Source: a virus (taxonomy: Duplodnaviria; Caudoviricetes). Taken from it: 45,526 bases of DNA. Position numbers and translations under genes: made by a program. Below are positions 35,916-45,526 of this stretch, piece after piece; the stretch's first letter is position 1, and each line of letters starts with the position of its first letter. The notes beneath the pieces are model-generated. The model was not told the origin of the DNA, did no database searches, and was given only the letters and a program-made list of their open reading frames with translations. The stretch spans positions 1-45,526 of IMG/VR virus record IMGVR_UViG_3300022178_003431. The stretch is one strand, 5' to 3'.

Positions 35916-37960
35916 TGGCTATACATAGACTTAAACATTCGTTTACAGCCGGGGAGCTACACCCGTTAATGGACGCTCGTGTAGATTTTGCACGATATAA
36001 TAACGGCTGTAAAATACTACTTAACATGCAGAGCACTGTACAAGGCCCTGTTACACGTAGAAATGGCTTTAAGTTTATATATGACTTAACATCCCTAGGT
36101 CTTGACATTGCAGACCCTAGGGTACGAATTATACCGTTTGTATTTAATGAGTTACAAGCGTATACTCTTATATTCTTTATGCACACGGACGGTGATACAC
36201 GTATGGTTATAGCTACTCAGGAAGGTCTTGTTGTTCATCCAGACCCTGTAGATACCTACTGCCCACCTGATCCTTACACTGTAGCTTACACAGGCTTAGC
36301 TGCATACAATATACCTATTGATATAGCTGCAGCAGGCGACGTTGTAGTTAAGCATACAGCTTCAGATGGTACTGAGACAGACTTAACATTAACTACACAT
36401 TACACTGTAGTAATTAACACTGATCCTACGGCTGACGTTATAACAGTTACATCAGGCCCTAGTTCATCAGACGGCACCTTAGACTTCTATCTAGTAAACC
36501 AAGCGTCTCCCGGTGACGTAGTTACATTAGTGCTGCCAGCTACATGGGACATAGATATATTCGATTGGGCTCAGTCTGCTGATGAAATGTACATAGCTCA
36601 GTCAGGCCTTACACCGTACGCTATTAAAAGATACGGTCATGCTTGCTGGTCTCTTAACGAATTAGGCTTCACAGATGCTCCGTCTGTATGGTCCTCAGAT
36701 AATGGATGGCCTGAAAGGCTGTCTTTTCACCAGCAGAGGCTGGCTTACGGTGCGTCCACAGTAAGTAGACAAACAGTGTGGATGTCTAAAGCCGGAGACT
36801 TTCTAGACTTCGGTGTAAGTGCTCCTTTAGTTGATGCAGACAGTGTGTCATTTACACTTGACTCTGGAACTCAGAACAAAATAGCATGGATGGCTTCTCG
36901 TAAAGCCCTTAACGTAGGTACTATAGGCAATGAGTGGACAGTATCAGGTAACAACCAAGCTGCCTTAACTCCATCTAATATATGGTCACAGCCACAGACT
37001 AAGATAGGTGGAGCATTTCTTAAGCCTTTAGTTGTAGCTAATGCTACTATATTTATAGACAGACATAACAGAACAGTGTATGAGTTTGTATACGACTATA
37101 ACCAGGACAGCTTTACTACGTCTGATGTAACTATACTGGCACCTCACTTAACTGAACTTTATAACATAACTGACTGGTCCTATAAAGATACTCCAGACAA
37201 AACAGTGTACGCTACTAGATCAGACGGCATTATATTAGGCTTAACGTATCAACGTCAACATGAAGTAGTAGCTTGGCATAGGCTAGTAACTGATGGTAAG
37301 TTTAAAAAACTAACTACAATTCCTGGTGATAGAGAGGACGAGTTATGGACAATAGTAAATAGAACAATAGATGGTGTAGAAAAATACTACTTGGAGAAAA
37401 TGGCTCCTAACGCTTATACTGAAGTAGCTAGTGACTATAAGTTTTTTGATAGTTACTTAGAGTATAGTGGAACAGCTACTTCTACTATAACAGGTCTAGA
37501 CCACTTGGAAGCAAAGACTGTTAAAGTAACTGCAGGTGGAGCAGTACACCCTGACCGAGTAGTTACTTCAGGCGAAATAGAACTAAACGCTGAATATACT
37601 GACGTTACAATTGGGTTAGGCTTTACCTCAGAAGTATGGCCTAATCTTGCTGAAGTACCGCAAGATGATGGCGCAGGCTTCGGTAGAATGCAACGCTTGG
37701 TTAAAGTGTATTTAAGTTTGTACAGAAGTCTAGGCTGTATAATAGGTAGAGTAGACGAAGAAGGTAATGAAGTTACGGAAGAAATTCCGTTCAGGGTACC
37801 TGCTAACTTGACAGGTCAGTCGCCTCCTTTGTTTACAGGTATTAAAAACATAGACTTTCTGGAAGGCGCTGACAGAGATTACAAATACTTTATACGACAG
37901 ACTTCACAGTTACCGTTAACTGTTAGGTCTGTAACTGACATAGTGGAGATAACCAAATGA
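35915..37960 (+). CDS. Tail nozzle (tubular protein B, T7 gp12-like)
   Basis: SFTAGEL.P....R.D...Y, G...RR.G, FHQQRL, V.AWH, GLDHLE. Confidence 0.92.
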   Translation: MAIHRLKHSFTAGELHPLMDARVDFARYNNGCKILLNMQSTVQGPVTRRNGFKFIYDLTSLGLDIADPRVRIIPFVFNELQAYTLIFFMHTDGDTRMVIATQEGLVVHPDPVDTYCPPDPYTVAYTGLAAYNIPIDIAAAGDVVVKHTASDGTETDLTLTTHYTVVINTDPTADVITVTSGPSSSDGTLDFYLVNQASPGDVVTLVLPATWDIDIFDWAQSADEMYIAQSGLTPYAIKRYGHACWSLNELGFTDAPSVWSSDNGWPERLSFHQQRLAYGASTVSRQTVWMSKAGDFLDFGVSAPLVDADSVSFTLDSGTQNKIAWMASRKALNVGTIGNEWTVSGNNQAALTPSNIWSQPQTKIGGAFLKPLVVANATIFIDRHNRTVYEFVYDYNQDSFTTSDVTILAPHLTELYNITDWSYKDTPDKTVYATRSDGIILGLTYQRQHEVVAWHRLVTDGKFKKLTTIPGDREDELWTIVNRTIDGVEKYYLEKMAPNAYTEVASDYKFFDSYLEYSGTATSTITGLDHLEAKTVKVTAGGAVHPDRVVTSGEIELNAEYTDVTIGLGFTSEVWPNLAEVPQDDGAGFGRMQRLVKVYLSLYRSLGCIIGRVDEEGNEVTEEIPFRVPANLTGQSPPLFTGIKNIDFLEGADRDYKYFIRQTSQLPLTVRSVTDIVEITK

Positions 37961-38940
37961 GTGCAGCTACTTCAGGCTTCGTTTCGGGAGCAGCCCAGGG
38001 CGCAGCTACAGGCGCTTCCATAGGTGGCCCTTGGGGAGCTCTTATAGGAGGTGTCGCAGGCGGCGTTTTAGGCCTTGTTGGAGGCAGTGCACAAGACGCT
38101 GAGCAAGCAAACAGAGAAGCATGGGCAGCTTATAATAACCAGATGTCTTATAGAACTACTATGAGAAACCTGGAAGCGTCCATGGCCATAACAGACATGA
38201 ACGTTAACGCTAGAATGGCTGCAGCTCGTATGGACGCTAACAGCCAAATAGCTGTAGCAGAATACAACATGTCGCTTATAGCTACCACTACAGACTATAA
38301 CAACTCACTGTTGGCTGCTGACTTACGTCGAGTATGGAAAGCAAGCGATCTTGAATTGGAGCAGCTGGAAATGTATGCTGCCCGAGAAAGAGGCAGTATA
38401 GAGGCTAACCAAGCAGCGTCTGGAACAGTAATGGGTGAAGGCTCAAATGCTGACGTCATAATAGACCAAAAAACTTTAAGAGCTATGGACGCTGCTATAA
38501 TACAGCACAACGCTGACATAGCTACAGCAGACATACTCAACTCCATGGCCAAAAGCACTTGGGAAGGTCAAAGAGCTATAGAGCAAACAGCCTTTAATGG
38601 TAAGATGGGAGCTCTCAGAAGTTTCTCTGATGCTGCTATAAGTTCATCGGTAGAAGTAGCTCAAGCAGGCATAGGCAATGTTGCAGGCGGCATATCAGCT
38701 TTTAGAGCTCTAGAGTCAGGAGAGGCTAACATAGCTCTTGACAGATCACAGTTTGAAACTACAAACACCAACAACATGATTTCTGGGTTGTTCCAAGGAG
38801 CTAGCACTGCTGCAGGAACATACTATAATAACAAGGTGCCTGGCTCGGCTACTACAGTACCTAGAGGTTACACTAATCTAAACAATGGACCTATCGTCAG
38901 AGGACGTGGCGCAGGCTCCTCACTATTGACTAGCCCATAA
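37957..38940 (+). CDS. Internal virion/ejection protein (gp14-like)
   Basis: N-terminal glycine zipper GAAQGAATGASIGGPWGALIGG, A/N/Q-rich helices, AASG; synteny. Confidence 0.72.
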   Translation: MSAATSGFVSGAAQGAATGASIGGPWGALIGGVAGGVLGLVGGSAQDAEQANREAWAAYNNQMSYRTTMRNLEASMAITDMNVNARMAAARMDANSQIAVAEYNMSLIATTTDYNNSLLAADLRRVWKASDLELEQLEMYAARERGSIEANQAASGTVMGEGSNADVIIDQKTLRAMDAAIIQHNADIATADILNSMAKSTWEGQRAIEQTAFNGKMGALRSFSDAAISSSVEVAQAGIGNVAGGISAFRALESGEANIALDRSQFETTNTNNMISGLFQGASTAAGTYYNNKVPGSATTVPRGYTNLNNGPIVRGRGAGSSLLTSP

Positions 38941-38941
38941 T

Positions 38942-40633
38942 ATGCCAAACTATAAACTATCAAGTACTCCACTTAGTACAGGCAACGCTTCTAGGGGCGG
39001 CAGTTTAAATACGTCTCTACTTGGTGCAGGCTCCAGCGTTAGTGTTATGCAGGGGCTTGGCGGAGGCGTCAACCCGAACGTAGCAGCTATACGTCACACG
39101 CCTACTAACGTGCCTGTTGTAAATGAAGACATAACTTCTAAAAGCTTTCAAAGCTTTATGGCTGTAACTGCTGATGCTGCTTTTAGGTATCAGGACAGAG
39201 AGAGCACTTACAAAGCAAATGAGGCTAGACTAGCGTTTTCAGACCAGCTTAACAGCTTGTACAATGGCACCGAAAACGACGATGGATCGTTCTCACAAGG
39301 CTACAGTTCAAGCAGTGGGGCTCTTGCTATTGATGGTTACTCCGGGTTCGAATCCAGGGTTAATGAAGCTTTTGACAATATTATAGAAGGCCTTGAGCCT
39401 AGAGTAAAGCAGAAGGCTATGGTAGCCATGTATGGCGCCAAGAGCACCATAATGGGTAAGGCTGCTAATCATAAAGCTGGAGCTATGAACGACGCTATAG
39501 AGGCTCAAAAGTATGAACTCCAGAAGTCAGCTATGTTAGAAGTAGCTGCCGACCCTATGTCTATTTACACTCCTGATGCTATAACAGGTATGACAGCTAA
39601 GGACAGATTTTATAGCCAGTTTAATGACTCTAAAACAGCTGACACTGCTTGGTACAGCTTTATACAGCAGACTGGTGAGACAATGTACCTTAATGAAGTT
39701 GTAGCTACAGGTAACATTAGTAAGGCCGTAAAGAAAGCTTCAGCGTTCTATAATGAGATAGGTATGCACGAATTGGCTGCGTCTCCTGTTCATAAGTCTG
39801 CACTACAGTCTAATATACAAAGATGGTCTGGAGAAGCAGTAAGAGCCGAGAACTCTAGTAGAGACATAACTATTAAGCTTGAAGATAGAGCTCGTAAGGA
39901 AAGACATAGAACTGGTGCACAAACTCTTGTAGTAGCCCAGGTGTCTAATGAGCCTATCAGTAGAGCCGATCTTGCTGTAATGGTACTGTCAGACAACATT
40001 AAAGCTTCAGACGCTGAGGCCTACATACGTAGAACCTACGGAGAGGTGGATAACAGATCGACGCCTGAGGCTATAACTAAATGGGAGTCAATTCTTAAAG
40101 GCACTGCAGAGAGCGACTTTAAGTCAGGTGACATGGACTTAAAATACCAATTTTACAAAGACCCTGAGCTTAGTAATACAGACGTTCAGTATCTTGCTTT
40201 GTTACAACGTGATCTACAAAACCCTGAATATATGAATAAATATAAAAGGGGCTCTGAAACTATAGACACATGGATGACTGACCCTTTCTGGGACACTGGG
40301 CTACACGCCCAGACTAAAGGCGTTGCTCGTAATGATGCGTCAAGAGAACTGCATGCCAGACTAAGTAAAGGCGAAGATCTAGACAGGGTGCTAGCAGACA
40401 TGCAGCCCAGGTACGACGTTATTAAGTTTTCTTTTGACAAACTTCCTAAGATACGTGGTATAAGCTACAAGCCTGAAACTATAGAAGGCATAACTAACGC
40501 CCTTGAGATAGTTAGAACTACGTTCAAAGATGACCCTCGTCAGTTGGCTATAGAAGAAGCTAAACTTAACAGGTACATAGCTTGGTTTAAGGAGGCTACA
40601 ATTAAAAGACTAAACGAAGGTAAGAAACCGTGA
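38942..40633 (+). CDS. Internal virion/ejection protein (gp15-like)
   Basis: 563 aa helical; synteny. Confidence 0.65.
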   Translation: MPNYKLSSTPLSTGNASRGGSLNTSLLGAGSSVSVMQGLGGGVNPNVAAIRHTPTNVPVVNEDITSKSFQSFMAVTADAAFRYQDRESTYKANEARLAFSDQLNSLYNGTENDDGSFSQGYSSSSGALAIDGYSGFESRVNEAFDNIIEGLEPRVKQKAMVAMYGAKSTIMGKAANHKAGAMNDAIEAQKYELQKSAMLEVAADPMSIYTPDAITGMTAKDRFYSQFNDSKTADTAWYSFIQQTGETMYLNEVVATGNISKAVKKASAFYNEIGMHELAASPVHKSALQSNIQRWSGEAVRAENSSRDITIKLEDRARKERHRTGAQTLVVAQVSNEPISRADLAVMVLSDNIKASDAEAYIRRTYGEVDNRSTPEAITKWESILKGTAESDFKSGDMDLKYQFYKDPELSNTDVQYLALLQRDLQNPEYMNKYKRGSETIDTWMTDPFWDTGLHAQTKGVARNDASRELHARLSKGEDLDRVLADMQPRYDVIKFSFDKLPKIRGISYKPETIEGITNALEIVRTTFKDDPRQLAIEEAKLNRYIAWFKEATIKRLNEGKKP

Positions 40634-43600
40634 GTAATTCTTTAGAAGACATGTCGGTAAATGACTTATACGAAGACCACCGTATAATAGAAAACGATCA
40701 TGCGTCTACAGGTGCAAGCCTGGATGCAGGTCTAGCAGAATTAAGAGCATTAACAGGAGGCGCTCCTAAGGCAGCACCTTCAGTAGATGAAGGCTTATCC
40801 GAAATTACGTCTTTGGACGCACAAGCTACTGCTCAAGACACTGCTGCTATAGGCACATTTAACTCCGCTGTCATAAACCCAGGCGACCCAGACGGCCCTG
40901 GACCTGCTGCTGCAGAAGGCCCTGGTGTATGGGGTAAGATAGGAAGTGCTGCTCAATTTCTAGCTGCGCCACTTGCCTCGCTAGGCAGTGCTGCCCTTGC
41001 TCCTATAGCCCATGAGTACGAATCTGAAGGTGTACTAGACACAGTTGGTGAAGCTTTTCAAGTATCAGGTAAAGCTTTAATGGACCAGCTGTTCCCTACG
41101 TATGGTGAGTCCAAATCGTATGGCAGCGACATATCTAAAAACTTACTTCCAAACGCTTCTCCAGACGTACAAGTAGCTGTAGGAACTACTCTTGAAATGA
41201 TAGCTGATCCTACCATATCTTTAGGCTTACCTATGTTTAAGGCCATACAGACAGGTTTAAGAACAGCAGCTAGCAGTCGAGCAGCTACAGGCGGAGAGAC
41301 TACAGCTGGTATTATAGAGAACGGCTTGCATGAGTTGTTTACTGTAGGTAAAGCTCCTGACACTTCCCTTATCACTGACATAGGCTCGTTGGCAAGAAAA
41401 GCTGATGCAGGAGACGCTGCTTCACTAGTAGAGCTTAACATTAAATTGGACTCTGATCCACTGTTACAACGACTAACAACAGCTGCAGATGACGTAGACG
41501 TTGAAGCATATTTGGCTAAAGTGGATGACTTAATGGGCAACACAGACGCTCCTGACTTCCATTTTGGAGAAGGAGTCGATGACATGGACGCTATTCTAAG
41601 GTCTACTATGTTGACTAACGACGCTGCAAAGCCTGTTACTCTTAACGTTAGTAAGATGCGTACCACTGAAGACATGGATCGTATACTAAATAACGTTATA
41701 GAGGTGTATAAGGCAGACTTTCTTAAGGTTAAAGGTTACCAGTCCAACAGCGCTACAATGGCTAAAGCCCAGAATAAGCAGCTAGTGGATCTATTAGGTA
41801 CTAAGGCTAAATCTTTTTTACCTGAAGAAGCGTATGCTCTTAGACAGGCCCTGGTGTCTTCTGCTTATAACTTAAAGACTCTTGCTCAACGTACTTTAGA
41901 CGACTCGTCTGGTATAGCTGAATTGGCGTTTGAGCGATCAATGATAGTTCATAGAGCTATACAAGAAAAAGTTACTGGCGTAGGTGCTCATGCTGGTAGA
42001 CTATTACAGTCGCATGCTATAACTGCTTCTGCAGGTAGGGCTAGAGTTAAAGATGTACGTAAACTTATTGAGAACATAGACGGTAACCCACATACAAGAC
42101 GTGTTATTAAACAGTTTTTGGCAGGTACATCTGACGCTTCGCAGCTTAACAAGATTATACATAAGACAATGTTTGCTAAAACTACTGACGCCTTGTTTGA
42201 GGTATTTACTAACTCAATACTAAGTGGTCCGATAACTCATATGGTTAACATAGCGTCTAACGGTGCTATGCTGGCATGGGCTCCTACAGAGACAGTACTT
42301 AAAGGTATGTCTGCCGCAGCTAGAGGTAACTTTCTTGGAGCCAAGAATGACTTCTCCGAATCAGCAGCAATGCTACAAGGTATATCGGAAGGTATAGGTG
42401 ATGTGTTCAGGCTGGCGTCTAAGTCAGCTGACTGGAACGGTCTAAGGCTGCCACAAGAAATGCTTGAAATGCATGAAATGGCTAAGCTTCAAATGAGACC
42501 TGCTATAACATCTGAGGAACTAGGTGTGTCAGGCGTTCTAGGACAGTTTGTAGACTACGCAGGAAAGGTAATAAGATTTCCAGGAAGTGCACTAGTAGCT
42601 GAAGATAAGGCGTTTAAGCTTATACAGTACAGAATGCATACTGCTTCACAAGCAACCAGAAAAGCTAATGTAGTAAATGGCACAGCTGCAGATAAGGCCG
42701 CTGTGTTTAATGCTTTTAAGAACAACCCTACTGACGTAATGAAAGCCAATTCAATTGATATGTCTAGTTACTACACTTTTACTGCTGAGTTAGGAACTGC
42801 CGGTAAAGCTATGCATACCTGGATAAGGTCTACTCCAGGCGTTAGGTATCTTGCTCCGTTCTTTAAGACTCCTACTAACATAGTAAAGATGGGTACCAGA
42901 AATTCAGTAGTAGGCAACGTGTTTAAAGACCTTAATGCTGCAACTGGTCTTATGAACGAGGCAGGTGATCTTGCTAGAGCCAGGCTTGCTATGGGTACTA
43001 TGGCGCCTATGGCTCTTATAAGCATGGTTGACTTGAATAACATATCAGGTGGCGTTGACATGGCTACAGAGCAAGGAAGATTTAAAGCCTCACAAGGTGT
43101 GCCTCCATACTCCATAAGACTAGGTGATACCTGGTACAGCTACGAAAAAATAGAACCTTTAAGAGCTGTTTTAGGGCTTATAGTCAACTACGCTGAAGCC
43201 ATAGACGGTATAGAAATGACGGATCCTGAGACAGGCGAAGACACTGATCTGTACACAGAGGCATTTACTACTCTAGTGTCACCGTTTATTCAGACTGTAG
43301 GCGATGCTTACATGCTTGAAACTATAGGAGGTGTTATGAACATGCTGGATGGTATACGGTCTGGCAGCCCTGAATATGCAGGTCAGCACTTGCAAAAAAC
43401 CATGGCTTCCATGACTGTTCCTCAGCTACTACAACAACTTAACACAACGTATTTTGATAAGAACTACAGAATGGCTGACGGCTACTTAGACATGCTTCGT
43501 AAAAGAATACCCGGCATGTCCAGTGATCTAGCGCCTAACAGAACTATATGGGGCGATGAACAGCTCTATGGTGAAGGCTTAGGGGTGGATATAATTTCAC

Positions 43601-43986
43601 CTATTAAAACCTCCACTAAAAAGCTTGACAGCCTAGACGAAGAGCTACTAAGGTTAAATGTTCCTATACCTAGTATGCCTAAGGAAATAGCCATTAAAGG
43701 TATAAACCTAGAATTAACTCAAGAAGAAAGAAGTGAGTTTAATCGTATCAGAGGCCAAGGCTTTGAAGGAGGTCCCACTCTTAAAGATACGTTTCTTGAA
43801 GTGTTTAACGATCCTGCTTTTGCTGTGCTGTCTGACATAGACAAAAAGGAAATACTAACCAAACAGTTTAACGACGCTACGGAGTCAACTAAAATGTTTA
43901 CATTCGGTACTAGTAAAAGTTTACAAGACCAGTACTTTAAGAAACTTGAAGCTAGAGAAATACAACGCAGGAGTACTCAACAATGA
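40630..43986 (+). CDS. Large internal virion/ejection protein (gp16-like)
   Basis: 1118 aa; N.ILSGP.TH..N, L.A.D..FK, PFFKTPTNI, PYS; synteny. Confidence 0.75.
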   Translation: MSNSLEDMSVNDLYEDHRIIENDHASTGASLDAGLAELRALTGGAPKAAPSVDEGLSEITSLDAQATAQDTAAIGTFNSAVINPGDPDGPGPAAAEGPGVWGKIGSAAQFLAAPLASLGSAALAPIAHEYESEGVLDTVGEAFQVSGKALMDQLFPTYGESKSYGSDISKNLLPNASPDVQVAVGTTLEMIADPTISLGLPMFKAIQTGLRTAASSRAATGGETTAGIIENGLHELFTVGKAPDTSLITDIGSLARKADAGDAASLVELNIKLDSDPLLQRLTTAADDVDVEAYLAKVDDLMGNTDAPDFHFGEGVDDMDAILRSTMLTNDAAKPVTLNVSKMRTTEDMDRILNNVIEVYKADFLKVKGYQSNSATMAKAQNKQLVDLLGTKAKSFLPEEAYALRQALVSSAYNLKTLAQRTLDDSSGIAELAFERSMIVHRAIQEKVTGVGAHAGRLLQSHAITASAGRARVKDVRKLIENIDGNPHTRRVIKQFLAGTSDASQLNKIIHKTMFAKTTDALFEVFTNSILSGPITHMVNIASNGAMLAWAPTETVLKGMSAAARGNFLGAKNDFSESAAMLQGISEGIGDVFRLASKSADWNGLRLPQEMLEMHEMAKLQMRPAITSEELGVSGVLGQFVDYAGKVIRFPGSALVAEDKAFKLIQYRMHTASQATRKANVVNGTAADKAAVFNAFKNNPTDVMKANSIDMSSYYTFTAELGTAGKAMHTWIRSTPGVRYLAPFFKTPTNIVKMGTRNSVVGNVFKDLNAATGLMNEAGDLARARLAMGTMAPMALISMVDLNNISGGVDMATEQGRFKASQGVPPYSIRLGDTWYSYEKIEPLRAVLGLIVNYAEAIDGIEMTDPETGEDTDLYTEAFTTLVSPFIQTVGDAYMLETIGGVMNMLDGIRSGSPEYAGQHLQKTMASMTVPQLLQQLNTTYFDKNYRMADGYLDMLRKRIPGMSSDLAPNRTIWGDEQLYGEGLGVDIISPIKTSTKKLDSLDEELLRLNVPIPSMPKEIAIKGINLELTQEERSEFNRIRGQGFEGGPTLKDTFLEVFNDPAFAVLSDIDKKEILTKQFNDATESTKMFTFGTSKSLQDQYFKKLEAREIQRRSTQQ

Positions 43987-44867
43987 CAATCAGTGATACA
44001 ACTCCGTATGTTAACCTAACATACACAGGGGCTGGTACATACTCATTTAGTTTTTTGGCACAGCTGACCACTGACGTTGTTGTAGAGCATACTACTACAG
44101 CAGGCGTTACGTCCACATTAGTTGTGTCTACTGACTATTCTATAACTCTTAACCCTTCTACTCCAGGAGGAGACGTAGTAACTACCTATGCTACTACATC
44201 TGGTACGTTAACTATACGTCGCGTTACGCCTATTACTCAAGCAGTGGACTGGGTAAATAATGACGCCTTTGACATGACTATACTTGAAAATAGCCAAGAT
44301 AAGACTATGGCATCAATTCAAGAGCTTAGTGCTGTACAGGCTAAGACTATACGTCTTGACTTTGTAGCAGGCACTGTTGACGCTCTACCGACGCCTGTCG
44401 GTGATGGAGTATGGAAGTGGAATGCAGCAGCTACAGCTATAGAATGGTACGCTCTAGGTGACATTGCAGCGGACGCAGCCTCTGCTGCAGCAGAAGCAGT
44501 GGACGCAGCTGCAAGTGCGGCAGCGGCTCTGGTTAGCGAGAATGCAGCAGCAGCTGACCTTGCATTAACCAACGCTGATGTCGTGTTAACCAACGCCGAT
44601 GTAGTATCCGCGGAAGCTGCACGTGTAGCTGCTGTAGCTGCACAGGCAGCAGCTGAAGCAGCTAACCCGCCATTGAATAATTTCGTAGCAACAACAGACC
44701 CTGCAGTGACTGACGACTCGGGGGATGGGTATGGCATTGGGAGTCGATGGGTTAATCTTACAACTGACGCATCATTCACTTGCGTTGACGCGACGGTTGG
44801 TGCAGCGGTGTGGTCGTCTGGTGGTGGTGGCTACTCATATTTTTCAGCAGACTTATTTTCAGGATAA
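43983..44867 (+). CDS. Tail fibre protein (T7 gp17-like N-terminus)
   Basis: YTG...YSFSF, DY, IRR.TP..Q, E...DK.....Q; Ala-rich coiled coil; C-terminal DD...GY..GSRW.N domain. Confidence 0.85.
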   Translation: MTISDTTPYVNLTYTGAGTYSFSFLAQLTTDVVVEHTTTAGVTSTLVVSTDYSITLNPSTPGGDVVTTYATTSGTLTIRRVTPITQAVDWVNNDAFDMTILENSQDKTMASIQELSAVQAKTIRLDFVAGTVDALPTPVGDGVWKWNAAATAIEWYALGDIAADAASAAAEAVDAAASAAAALVSENAAAADLALTNADVVLTNADVVSAEAARVAAVAAQAAAEAANPPLNNFVATTDPAVTDDSGDGYGIGSRWVNLTTDASFTCVDATVGAAVWSSGGGGYSYFSADLFSG

Positions 44868-44873
44868 TATATT

Positions 44874-45236
44874 ATGGCAACAGTAGGACATTTGAGCGGC
44901 AGTACCGACGGGCAACCGATTCTTATAGCAGCAACAGCAACAGCGGGAACAACAGTACATACCGCAGTAGCGGCAATAGATCAGATCGACATGGTGCATC
45001 TATATGCACTGAACGGGCATACGGCGTCGGTAGAAATCACAATAGAATGGGGCACAACAACTGCTACCAAAAATCTGGTTGTGACGATACCAGCAGATTC
45101 CGGTCTGACACGCATCACGCCGGAGGGTGGATTACCAGCGCAGAACAGCAATGTTGTTGCAGTGTTTGCGGGGACAACCAATGTTGTTGCAATCATGGGC
45201 AAAGTGGTTCGGTCTACAACTGATGAGGCGCACTAA
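44874..45236 (+). CDS. Tail-associated beta-rich protein
   Basis: 120 aa, AGGA RBS; allele of 63-425. Confidence 0.8.
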   Translation: MATVGHLSGSTDGQPILIAATATAGTTVHTAVAAIDQIDMVHLYALNGHTASVEITIEWGTTTATKNLVVTIPADSGLTRITPEGGLPAQNSNVVAVFAGTTNVVAIMGKVVRSTTDEAH

Positions 45237-45526
45237 TGGTATTTAGCACTAATAATAGTGGGCAATGGGAAAATTCAGTTAGTAAGAGAGTGTCGTTCCC
45301 CGCTGACTCTATAGAATCAGAAGTAATCACTCTCAATTCTGGACTTGCTACGTTGTCTGGCGTGGATGGTGGCAGCTTTTATTCTGGGGGTACTGATGAG
45401 TTAGATCAAGTATTCTACTTCGATCAAACTGTTTCTAGTTATCCAGCTAATAAAACCTTTACAACCGTTTCCGCCGACAACACTAGTGAGATACAGTATC
45501 ATAGTGAGGGTGTATTTGCTCAGGTT
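45236..45526 (+). CDS. 5' part of tail-tip protein; continues into 716-1093 on the circle
   Basis: MVFSTNNSGQWENSVSKRVSFPADS... vs MSYSTNNSNYWKSTISKRVGFPADS... Confidence 0.8.
   Translation, partial: MVFSTNNSGQWENSVSKRVSFPADSIESEVITLNSGLATLSGVDGGSFYSGGTDELDQVFYFDQTVSSYPANKTFTTVSADNTSEIQYHSEGVFAQV

Larger units (their letters stand above)
589..45399. mobile_element. Podovirus-like phage genome, one 44,811-bp circular unit
   Basis: Full set of packaging, capsid, tail, lysis and replication genes; 45400-45526 is identical to 589-715; no host genes seen. Confidence 0.92.

Noticed and set aside
1-45526. tRNA, integrase/repressor, single-subunit RNA polymerase
   Set aside because: None recognised by eye; dedicated scans would be needed to exclude divergent ones

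Overview
Near-complete genome of a tailed dsDNA phage (podovirus) with a BPP-1/epsilon15-type virion module (TerL, portal, scaffold, major capsid, cement, adaptor, nozzle, three ejection proteins, T7-type fibre; 27.4-45.5 kb, +). It continues into tail-tip and lysis genes (0.06-4.9 kb, +). A minus-strand block holds nucleotide-metabolism and replication genes (ligase, ThyX-like, DUF6378-like, HD hydrolase, NDT-family, SAM methyltransferase, PolA, SF2 helicase, Cas4-like nuclease, DUF669, AAA ATPase; 4.9-17.9 kb), followed by a + strand primase/resolvase operon (18.2-21.7 kb) and a minus-strand early region of small ORFs (21.8-26.4 kb). No RNA polymerase, integrase, tRNA or CRISPR array was recognised. 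The last 127 bp equal 589-715, implying a 44,811-bp circle plus a second allele of the tail cassette at 1-588. Best leads: (1) a ~350-bp non-coding alternating purine-pyrimidine (Z-DNA-prone) tract between divergent promoters, with a miniature counterpart at the other divergent locus, both next to paralogous unknown genes; (2) a separately promoted operon built around an active-site-altered ThyX homolog that may make an undescribed modified base; (3) a gene-32-like H-type RNA pseudoknot next to the putative SSB gene; (4) a tail-fibre N-terminal domain inserted in the nozzle. All family calls are from motif recognition by eye; no database searches were run.
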